A DNA stretch of 64,000 bases from positions 2,147 to 66,146 of the forward strand of contig JAZOOD010000067.1 in assembly GCA_045654805.1 (NCBI GenBank), given 5' to 3'. This DNA is from Clostridia bacterium. GTDB taxonomy: Bacteria; Bacillota; Clostridia; Monoglobales; Firm-18. The notes beneath the pieces were generated by a model. It saw only the letters and a list, made by a program, of their open reading frames with translations, had not been told where the DNA came from and searched no databases. The translations under genes were made by a program, and so were the position numbers. Of the stretch, positions 56,998 through 64,000 are shown in pieces (position 1 is the stretch's first letter; every line of letters begins with the position of its first letter).

Positions 56998-57026
56998 TTG
57001 ACACTTCTATTCACTTATGTTAGAAT
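56998..57026 (+). promoter_or_regulatory. Promoter of the pseudouridine synthase gene: TTGACA (56998-57003), 17 nt, TGT-TAGAAT (-10 at 57021-57026)
   Basis: Hexamers read in sequence; shows that the track start at 56998 cannot be coding. Confidence 0.6.
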
Positions 57027-57060
57027 ATATGTGTTGAATTTTAAAATGGGGGGATTTGGG

Positions 57061-57768
57061 TTGGAACAAATTAGACTGCAGAAATTTATGGCAGATTGTG
57101 GCGTTGCCTCCAGAAGAAAATGTGAAGAAATTATTATTCAAGGAAAAGTTAAAGTTAATGGTAATAAAATTACGGAACTTGGAACAAAAGTTACTGATAA
57201 TGATGATGTTACCGTAGATGGACAACCTATCAAAAAAGTTTTTAAAAAAATATATATCGCGCTGAACAAACCTGTTGGTTATATCACAAGTGTTTCTGAC
57301 GAATTTGACAGACCAACGGTTATGAATCTTGTAGAAGACGAAATACACACAAGAATTTATCCAGTTGGTAGGCTGGATTTTGACACTGAAGGTCTGCTAA
57401 TAATGACAAATGATGGGGACTTGACATATAAGATTACACACCCCAAACATTCTATATATAAAACCTATGTTGCTACTCTTAATGATGTTCCTCATCCCAG
57501 GGATATTGAGCGTCTAAAAAAAGGTGTTGTTATAGACGGAAAAAAAACTCAACAACCAAAAGTAAATTGGCTAAAGGATAATGTTGTGGAAATCTCAATA
57601 TCTGAAGGTAGAAACAGACAAGTTCGTAAAATGTTTGAGGCAATTGGATATGATGTTGTTGCTTTACAGCGAATATCTGTGGGGAAATTAACTTTGGGCA
57701 ATATTCCACTTGGTAGATGGAGACATCTTAGTAGTGCAGAAATTAATTATTTAAAATCTTTGAAATAG
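57061..57768 (+). CDS. rluB: Pseudouridine synthase, RsuA/RluB family (S4 domain + catalytic domain)
   Basis: RLQKFMADCGVASRRKCEEII S4 domain and GRLDFDTEGLLIMTNDG catalytic Asp motif. The start is TTG 57061 (GGGGGG RBS) or ATG 57046. Confidence 0.88.
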   Translation: MEQIRLQKFMADCGVASRRKCEEIIIQGKVKVNGNKITELGTKVTDNDDVTVDGQPIKKVFKKIYIALNKPVGYITSVSDEFDRPTVMNLVEDEIHTRIYPVGRLDFDTEGLLIMTNDGDLTYKITHPKHSIYKTYVATLNDVPHPRDIERLKKGVVIDGKKTQQPKVNWLKDNVVEISISEGRNRQVRKMFEAIGYDVVALQRISVGKLTLGNIPLGRWRHLSSAEINYLKSLK

Positions 57769-57813
57769 TGTATAAATTATTTGTTGAAAATGAAGAAAAT
57801 ATGTCAAAAACTA

Positions 57814-57842
57814 TTGAAGATATTTTCTTTTTATAGTATAAT
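57814..57842 (+). promoter_or_regulatory. Promoter of the decarboxylase cluster: TTGAAG (57814-57819), 17 nt, TATAAT (57837-57842)
   Basis: Hexamers and spacing read in sequence. Confidence 0.5.
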
Positions 57843-57875
57843 TTCTAATGTTGATTAAAAAATGGAGGTAAACTT

Positions 57876-59369
57876 ATGAACAATATGGATAAGCTTGCTG
57901 AATTACAGTCAAGACGCAAAAATATTGAAGTGGCTTGCAAAAGTAATAACGATAAAAATTCAGCAAGAGAGCGTATAAAACTTTTGTTTGATGAAGGAAG
58001 TTTTGTTGAAATCAATGCATTTGTTACCGGTGAAGACGCTGCAGAAGGTGTTATATCCGGCTACGGTACAGTAAATGACTGTCTTGTGTATGCATATTCA
58101 CAGGATTATAGTGCGACCGGTGGTGCTTTAGGCGGTGCTAATGCAAAAAAAATTACATACACTTTAGATATGGCCTCAAAAATGGGTGCACCCGTTGTAA
58201 GTATTCTTGATTCTAAGGGTGCTAAAATTGCTGAAGGCATTGATGCATTGGCTGCTATTGGTGAAATTTATGCAAAAAACACCGAACTTTCAGGCTTGGT
58301 ACCACAAATTGCAGTAGTGCTTGGTGATTGTGCAGGAGGTGCTGTGTTTACACCTTCAATTTCGGATTTTGTTTTTATGTCTGAAAAGAATACAAATATG
58401 TATATGAACAGTCCATCTGTTATTGCAGGCAATTGTGATGATGGTTGTACTGCAGAAGAAGTTGGTTCTGCAAAAGCATGTGCTAAAAACGGTAGTGCGG
58501 ATTTTGTGTTTGCGACAGAGGAAGAATGTTTTACTGAGGTTAAGAAACTTCTTGATTATCTACCCTCAAACAATTTGGATGGAGCTCCATTTGAAGTTCC
58601 AACAGACGATATTAACAGAATTTCTGAAAATATCATCAATATGATTCCGGATAATGGAGAGGGTTTTGATATTAAAAATATTATTAAAGAAGTTGCTGAC
58701 GGTGCTGTTTTTTATGAAATTGCTGCTGAATATGCGGAAAGTATAGTTACAGGATTTATAAAGCTTAACGGTGTAACTGTTGGTGTAGTTGCAAATAATT
58801 CTAAAAAACATAATGGAGAACTTTGCATAAAGGCTGCTAAGAAGGCATCAAAATTCATTAATTTCTGTGATTCATTCAATATTTCTGTTGTTACCTTTGT
58901 TGATTGCGGCGGTTTTGTTGCAAGTAAATGTCAGGAAAACAACGGTCTTTCTGATGCTGCTTCAACATTGTTGGCTACATATTCAAATGCTACTGTTCCA
59001 AAAGTAACTGTTATTGTTCGTAAGGCTTATGGTAGTGCTTATCTTGCAATGGGTTCAAAGGTATGTGGTGCTGATATGGTATTTGCATATCCTACTGCTG
59101 AAATTGCAATTACTTCACCCGAGGTTGCTGCAAATATAATGTATAATGATGAGATTGCTTCATCTTCTGACCCTGTTGCTTGCAGGGCACAGAAAATTGA
59201 TGAATACAGAAATGTTGTTGCAGCTCCGTATACTGCTGCATCAAAAGGATATATTGACGATGTTATTGAGCCTGACAGCACAAGACCTCGCCTTATCAGC
59301 GCTCTTGAAATGCTTTATGCAAAAAGAGTTAAATCCGTTGCTAAAAAGCATATCAATATGCCACTTTAA
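57876..59369 (+). CDS. Acyl-CoA carboxyltransferase subunit (MmdA / transcarboxylase 12S / PccB-like)
   Basis: 497 aa, two crotonase-like carboxyltransferase halves (ARERI..L.D.GSF.E; GG.GG....KI....D.A...G.P......S.GA+I). Confidence 0.85.
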   Translation: MNNMDKLAELQSRRKNIEVACKSNNDKNSARERIKLLFDEGSFVEINAFVTGEDAAEGVISGYGTVNDCLVYAYSQDYSATGGALGGANAKKITYTLDMASKMGAPVVSILDSKGAKIAEGIDALAAIGEIYAKNTELSGLVPQIAVVLGDCAGGAVFTPSISDFVFMSEKNTNMYMNSPSVIAGNCDDGCTAEEVGSAKACAKNGSADFVFATEEECFTEVKKLLDYLPSNNLDGAPFEVPTDDINRISENIINMIPDNGEGFDIKNIIKEVADGAVFYEIAAEYAESIVTGFIKLNGVTVGVVANNSKKHNGELCIKAAKKASKFINFCDSFNISVVTFVDCGGFVASKCQENNGLSDAASTLLATYSNATVPKVTVIVRKAYGSAYLAMGSKVCGADMVFAYPTAEIAITSPEVAANIMYNDEIASSSDPVACRAQKIDEYRNVVAAPYTAASKGYIDDVIEPDSTRPRLISALEMLYAKRVKSVAKKHINMPL

Positions 59370-59388
59370 TTGATAAGGATGTGAATTT

Positions 59389-59739
59389 ATGTCATTATTA
59401 GATAAATTAAGTCAAGGCTTACCGATTGCTATAATCGGGTATGTAATGGTGTTTGTGGTTTTGGCAATTCTTTGGGGTGTTATAGAACTAATGAGAGTTA
59501 TTCTTACACCTAAAAAAACAAAGGTTGCAGAAGTTAAACCTGTTGAAAATTCTGTACAGAATGTTGTGGAGGAAGAACAGGTTGAAGAGGGTGAATTAGT
59601 TGCAGTTTTAACTGCCGCTGTTGCCGCATCTCTTAACACTTCAACATATAATTTAAGAATAAAATCGTTTAAAAGAATTGATACAAAAAATAATGCTTGG
59701 TCAAATGCATCAAGAAATGATGCTATAAATAAGTTTTAA
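59389..59739 (+). CDS. OadG family small membrane subunit (decarboxylase gamma/delta-type)
   Basis: Single N-terminal TM helix, acidic linker and ELVAVLTAAVAA motif typical of OadG. Confidence 0.75.
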   Translation: MSLLDKLSQGLPIAIIGYVMVFVVLAILWGVIELMRVILTPKKTKVAEVKPVENSVQNVVEEEQVEEGELVAVLTAAVAASLNTSTYNLRIKSFKRIDTKNNAWSNASRNDAINKF

Positions 59740-59751
59740 TTTTGGAGGATT

Positions 59752-60132
59752 ATGAAAATGAGAAAATTTGTTATAAATGTAAATGGTAAATCCTATGATG
59801 TAGAAGTAGAAGAAATCAGAAACGGTGTTGCCGTTTCAACTCCAGTTGCTACAGCACCTGTTGCTGCTCCTGCGCCTCAGGCAGCTCCTGCCGCTCTAAA
59901 AGCAACAGGTTCTGCAGGTTCTGTTAAGGTTGAAGCTCCAATGCCAGGTAATGTTTTGAAACTTAATGTTAAAGTTGGCGACACAGTAGCTGAAGGACAG
60001 GCTGTTGCAGTTTTGGAAGCTATGAAGATGGAAAATGATATCGTTGCTCCAAGTGCAGGTACAGTTGCATCAGTTAATGTTTCTGTGGGTGATAGTATCA
60101 ATTCAGGCGATGTACTTGTTACTCTTAACTAA
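59752..60132 (+). CDS. Biotin carboxyl carrier protein (1.3S-like)
   Basis: Ala/Pro-rich linker and the EAMKMEN biotinyl-lysine motif. Confidence 0.92.
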   Translation: MKMRKFVINVNGKSYDVEVEEIRNGVAVSTPVATAPVAAPAPQAAPAALKATGSAGSVKVEAPMPGNVLKLNVKVGDTVAEGQAVAVLEAMKMENDIVAPSAGTVASVNVSVGDSINSGDVLVTLN

Positions 60133-60165
60133 GTGGTAATTAAGCGAATTTCTACTTAAGAAAGG

Positions 60166-61416
60166 GTGAATGTTTTGTTTGAATTTTTGTTACAAGGTAT
60201 TACAAGTTTTTTTCAAAGTACCGGTATATATAAAATAATATCTGCAGCCTCAAGTTCAGGTGCAATTACAATAGGTAGTGTTGATATTGGTACAATTATA
60301 ATGATTGCAATAGCATGTTTGTTAGTTTATCTTGCAATTGGTAAAAAGTTTGAACCATTATTACTTTTACCTATTGCTTTTGGTATGTTACTTGCAAATA
60401 TGCCAGGTGCTAATTTGTTACATAACGAATTGTTTGTTGGTGATGGCACACAGGAACATTTTGTCGTAAATTATGGACAGGTATTGCAGGAAGGCGGTCT
60501 TTTGGACTTGCTTTATATGGGTGTTAAGCTTGGTATTTATCCGTCATTGATTTTCCTTGGTATTGGTACAATGACAGACTTTGCACCACTTATTGCTAAT
60601 CCAAAAAGTTTGATGCTTGGTGCTGCGGCACAGCTTGGCGTATTTGTAGCTTTTTTGGGTGCGTTGTTCCTTCCTTTTACAATTTATGAAGCATTTGCTA
60701 TTGGTATTATCGGTGGTGCGGATGGTCCTACAGCTATTTTGGTTACAAAGACTACAGCTCCAGCATTATTGCCTGCTATAGCTATTGCGGCATATTCATA
60801 TATGGCATTGATTCCTATCATTCAGCCGCCAATTATGAAGCTTTTAACAACTAAAAAGGAACGTTCAGTTAAAATGTCAACTCTGCGTCCTGTTTCCAGA
60901 ATTGAAAAACTTTGCTTCCCTATTATTGTAACTATAGTTGTCGCTTTGATTGTACCTGATGCAATTCCATTGGTTGGTATGCTGATGCTTGGTAACCTTA
61001 TCAAGGAAAGTGGCGTTGCAGACAGACTTTCAAAAACTGCACAGAACGAACTTATGAATATAGTTACAATATTCCTTGGAACAACCGTTGGTGCTACTGC
61101 ATCAGCAAGCACTTTCCTACAGTGGCAGACAATATTCATTGTCCTTTTAGGACTTATTGCATTTGCAATCAGTACAGCAGGTGGTTTGTTGGCTGGTAAG
61201 GTAATGTACATTCTTACAAAGGGTAAGATTAATCCACTTATTGGTTCTGCAGGTGTTTCTGCTGTTCCTATGGCTGCACGTGTTGCACAAAATGTAGGTC
61301 AAAAGGAAGTTCCTACTAACTATCTTTTGATGCACGCTATGGGACCAAATGTGGCAGGTGTTATTGGTTCTGCAGTTGCAGCAGGTGTATTCCTGACATT
61401 CTTTAAGATTTTATAA
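60166..61416 (+). CDS. Na+-translocating decarboxylase beta subunit (OadB/MmdB/GcdB family)
   Basis: About 410-aa polytopic protein with family blocks (IG..GGADGPT; IGSAGVSAVPMAARV). The start is GTG 60166 or TTG 60175. Confidence 0.9.
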   Translation: MNVLFEFLLQGITSFFQSTGIYKIISAASSSGAITIGSVDIGTIIMIAIACLLVYLAIGKKFEPLLLLPIAFGMLLANMPGANLLHNELFVGDGTQEHFVVNYGQVLQEGGLLDLLYMGVKLGIYPSLIFLGIGTMTDFAPLIANPKSLMLGAAAQLGVFVAFLGALFLPFTIYEAFAIGIIGGADGPTAILVTKTTAPALLPAIAIAAYSYMALIPIIQPPIMKLLTTKKERSVKMSTLRPVSRIEKLCFPIIVTIVVALIVPDAIPLVGMLMLGNLIKESGVADRLSKTAQNELMNIVTIFLGTTVGATASASTFLQWQTIFIVLLGLIAFAISTAGGLLAGKVMYILTKGKINPLIGSAGVSAVPMAARVAQNVGQKEVPTNYLLMHAMGPNVAGVIGSAVAAGVFLTFFKIL

Positions 61417-61431
61417 TTGGAGGTAAATATA

Positions 61432-62829
61432 ATGAGTAAAGTAAAAATTACCGAAACAGTTTTAAGAGATGCTCATCAGTCACTTATTGCAACTCGTATG
61501 ACAACTGACGAAATGTTGCCTATGATTGAGATGCTTGATGATATAGGTTATAACGCTTTGGAAGCATGGGGCGGTGCTACATTTGATTCTTGCCTTAGAT
61601 TTTTAAACGAAGACCCATGGGAAAGATTAAGAAAAATTAAGGCAAAGGCTAAAAAAACACCTTTACAGATGCTTTTCAGAGGTCAGAATATCTTAGGTTA
61701 CAGACATTATGCAGATGATGTTGTTGAATATTTTGTACAAAAGTGTGTTGCAAACGGTATTGATATTATCAGAATTTTCGACGCACTTAATGATGTCAGA
61801 AACCTTCAGACTGCTATTAATGCTACAAAGAAGGAAAAAGGACATGTACAAGCTACTTTGTCTTATACAATCAGCCCTGTACATAACAACGAATCCTTTG
61901 TTAAGCTAGCTAAAGATTTGGAAAATATGGGTGCAGATTCTATCTGTATCAAGGATATGGCAGGTCTTTTGACACCTTATGTAGCTTATGATTTGGTAAA
62001 AGATATCAAGTCTGCCGTTAAAGTCCCAATCGAACTACACACACACTATACAAGTGGTGTTGCTTCAATGACATATCTTAAGGCTATTGAAGCAGGTGTG
62101 GATATTGTTGACTGTGCTTTGTCACCTATGGCTTTGGGTACATCACAGCCACCTACAGAACCATTGGTAGCTACATTGGCAGGTACTGAATATGACACAG
62201 GTCTTTCACTTGATAAATTGTCTGATGTTTCAGAATATGTTAAAACATTAAGAGATAAATACATTGCAAGCGGTCTTTTGGATACCAAGCTTTTAGGAGT
62301 TGATATTAATACACTTAAATATCAGGTTCCCGGCGGTATGCTTTCAAACCTGGTTTCACAACTTAAACAGCAAGGCAAGGAAGATAAGCTTGATGAGGTT
62401 TTGAAAGAAGTTCCTGAAGTTCGTAAGGACTTCGGGTATCCACCACTTGTAACACCTTCCAGCCAGATTGTTGGTACACAGGCTGTTCTTAATGTTCTTA
62501 TGGGTGAAAGATACAAGATGGTTACAAAAGAATCCAAAGCGATTGCCAAAGGTGAATACGGTTCAACTCCTGTACCTATCGACTCGGAATTTGTCAAAAA
62601 GATTATCGGTGATGAAGAACCTATAACATGTCGTCCTGCAGATTTACTTGAACCAGAACTTGATAAACTACGCAGTGAAATTGCGGAATATATTGAACAG
62701 GATGAAGATGTATTGTCATACGCTTTGTTTGACCAGGTTGCAATTAAATTCTTTAAAGAAAGACGTGCTGCAAAATACAAATTAGATCCTAATTTAGCAG
62801 ATACCGAGGCAAAAACCCATCCATTCTAA
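61432..62829 (+). CDS. Oxaloacetate decarboxylase alpha / pyruvate carboxyltransferase (5S-like) subunit, lacking a biotinyl domain
   Basis: KITETVLRDAHQSL HMGL-like TIM-barrel start and conserved-carboxylase domain; ends at about 465 aa without an AMKM domain. ATG 61432 after GGAGG. Confidence 0.9.
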   Translation: MSKVKITETVLRDAHQSLIATRMTTDEMLPMIEMLDDIGYNALEAWGGATFDSCLRFLNEDPWERLRKIKAKAKKTPLQMLFRGQNILGYRHYADDVVEYFVQKCVANGIDIIRIFDALNDVRNLQTAINATKKEKGHVQATLSYTISPVHNNESFVKLAKDLENMGADSICIKDMAGLLTPYVAYDLVKDIKSAVKVPIELHTHYTSGVASMTYLKAIEAGVDIVDCALSPMALGTSQPPTEPLVATLAGTEYDTGLSLDKLSDVSEYVKTLRDKYIASGLLDTKLLGVDINTLKYQVPGGMLSNLVSQLKQQGKEDKLDEVLKEVPEVRKDFGYPPLVTPSSQIVGTQAVLNVLMGERYKMVTKESKAIAKGEYGSTPVPIDSEFVKKIIGDEEPITCRPADLLEPELDKLRSEIAEYIEQDEDVLSYALFDQVAIKFFKERRAAKYKLDPNLADTEAKTHPF

Positions 62830-62843
62830 TAATTATTTAAAAT

Positions 62844-62882
62844 ACGGTGTAATGATAACAGGCGTTCGTTACACCGTTTTTT
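62844..62882 (+). terminator. Terminator after the decarboxylase cluster (ACGGTGTAA..TTACACCGT + TTTTTT)
   Basis: 9-bp stem, 16-nt loop, T6 tract. Confidence 0.7.
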
Positions 62883-62894
62883 GAGGAGAGATTA

Positions 62895-63767
62895 ATGATG
62901 AATAATACTGCAGATTTGTTGGAAAAGATAGAAAAATCTTATCCCAAATTCAGTAAAAGTCAAAAGAAAATTGCCAATTATATAATGAAAAACTATGAAA
63001 AAGCAGCGTTTATGACTGCAGCATCTCTTAGTGAAAATACAGGCGTAAGCTGTTCAACCGTTGTTCGCTTTGCTGTTGAATTAGGTTATGAGGGTTATCC
63101 TCAGTTTCAAAAAGCTTTACATGAAATGGTACGTACAAAGTTAACTGCCGTACAACGTATGGAGGTTACCTCAAGCCGTATGGGTGATCGTGATATTTTA
63201 TCAACAATACTAAATTATGATATTTTAAAGATTAAACAAACGCTGGATGAAATTGATAAAGATGCTTTTGAACATACTGTTCAAACAATAGTGAATGCAA
63301 AGAAGATATATATATTAGGAGTACGCAGTTCTTCATCACTAGCGGGATTCTTAGGTTTTTATTTAAATATTATTTTTGATAATGTAAGGCTTATAAACAC
63401 TACTAGTGCAAGTGAAATTTTTGAGCAAATAATGAAAATAGATAAGGATGATGTTGTAATCGGTATAAGCTTTCCACGTTATTCTGCACGAACAATAAAA
63501 GCTATACAATATGCTAAAAATCAGAATGCTAAGGTTGTAGCAATTACTGACAGCGAAACATCACCTCTCACCAAGTATGCCAATCATACTTTAATTGCAC
63601 ATAGTGATATTGCATCATTTGTAGATTCGTTAGTTGCTCCTCTTAGCGTAATTAATGCTCTTATTGTTGCCTTGGGTATGACTAACAAAGAAAACGTGTA
63701 TGATAATTTTAATAAGCTTGAAAATATATGGGACGAATACAATGTTTATGAAAAGGTTGATAAATAA
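62895..63767 (+). CDS. MurR/RpiR family transcriptional regulator (HTH + SIS domain)
   Basis: N-terminal HTH_6-like region (..AASLSENTGVSCSTVVRFA..LGY.G...F) and a SIS phosphosugar-binding domain. Confidence 0.88.
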   Translation: MMNNTADLLEKIEKSYPKFSKSQKKIANYIMKNYEKAAFMTAASLSENTGVSCSTVVRFAVELGYEGYPQFQKALHEMVRTKLTAVQRMEVTSSRMGDRDILSTILNYDILKIKQTLDEIDKDAFEHTVQTIVNAKKIYILGVRSSSSLAGFLGFYLNIIFDNVRLINTTSASEIFEQIMKIDKDDVVIGISFPRYSARTIKAIQYAKNQNAKVVAITDSETSPLTKYANHTLIAHSDIASFVDSLVAPLSVINALIVALGMTNKENVYDNFNKLENIWDEYNVYEKVDK

Positions 63768-64000
63768 TGAAAACTGATGTAGTTGTAATCGGAGGAGGAC
63801 CAGCCGGATTATTTAGTGCAGCAATTGCAGCCAAAGGCGGAAGGAAAGTTGTCTTAATTGAAAAAAATGAAATTTTGGCACGTAAACTTAGGATTACCGG
63901 TAAAGGAAGATGTAATGTAACAAATTCTGCAGATATATCAGATTTTATAGAAATGGTTTGTTCTAATCCAAGCTTTATGTACAGTGCTTTTTATTCATTT
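63767..64000 (+). CDS. NAD(P)/FAD-dependent oxidoreductase, HI0933/BaiN-like family (5' part only; continues past the window end)
   Basis: DVVVIGGGPAGL dinucleotide-binding motif and the family-typical TGKGRCNVTN; ATG overlaps the upstream TAA. Confidence 0.8.
   Translation, partial: MKTDVVVIGGGPAGLFSAAIAAKGGRKVVLIEKNEILARKLRITGKGRCNVTNSADISDFIEMVCSNPSFMYSAFYSF

Noticed and set aside
57795-57827. AT-only hairpin (AAGAAAATAT / ATATTTTCTT, 17-nt loop) as the rluB terminator
   Set aside because: The stem is weak and all A-T with a large loop, and it overlaps the predicted promoter of the next operon. It is not convincing enough to annotate.
1-64000. CRISPR arrays, IS elements or transposases, integrases, prophage genes, toxin-antitoxin or restriction/defence modules, rRNA genes
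   Set aside because: No repeat-spacer periodicity, terminal inverted repeats or matching protein motifs were seen in any ORF. All non-coding gaps are under about 250 bp and are explained by promoters and terminators.

Overview
AT-rich, gene-dense chromosomal segment from a low-GC Firmicute. It is most likely a spore-forming member of the Clostridia: it has a ytxC-like gene, an SLH-anchored surface protein, PFOR, a type III glutamine synthetase, a split transketolase and Ddh. About 64 protein genes and one tRNA-Arg(ACG) are supported. I saw no rRNA, CRISPR array, transposase, integrase or phage gene.

Most of the window is core housekeeping in a Bacillus/Clostridium-like order:
- nifS-thiI
- cinA-recA-recX-rimO-pgsA
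- plsX-acpP-rnc-(radical SAM)-smc-ftsY-(UPF0182)-ylxM-ffh-rpsP-khpA-rimM-trmD, fused directly to nadD-yqeK-rsfS-leuS-rsmI
- dapF-cysE-cysS-mrnC
- split tkt

The parts that look accessory or unusual are:
1. A five-gene Na+-decarboxylase-type cluster carrying two different carboxyltransferases (MmdA/12S-like and OadA/5S-like) with one BCCP, one OadG-like subunit and one membrane beta subunit.
2. An AraC-controlled PIG-L deacetylase / PfkB kinase / NagB-like deaminase cluster. It has a 24-bp perfect palindrome in its divergent control region and suggests a deacetylate-first amino-sugar route.
3. A phased TGTTAC-N5-TGTTAC-N5-TGTTAC array that matches the WalR consensus, in front of an SH3-NlpC/P60 hydrolase gene.
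4. A perfect 9+4+9 palindrome inside the spacer of the metal (Znu/Tro-type) ABC transporter promoter.
5. Three consecutive perfect hairpins downstream of a small redox operon.
6. A terminator-like hairpin inside the very short leader of glnN.
7. An EFG-II-type EF-G paralog that lacks the catalytic His.

I cannot point to one clearly novel multi-gene system. The two metabolic clusters and the regulatory arrays are the best leads.

All calls rest on reading the supplied translations for family motifs and on hand-counted sequence coordinates. No searches were run.
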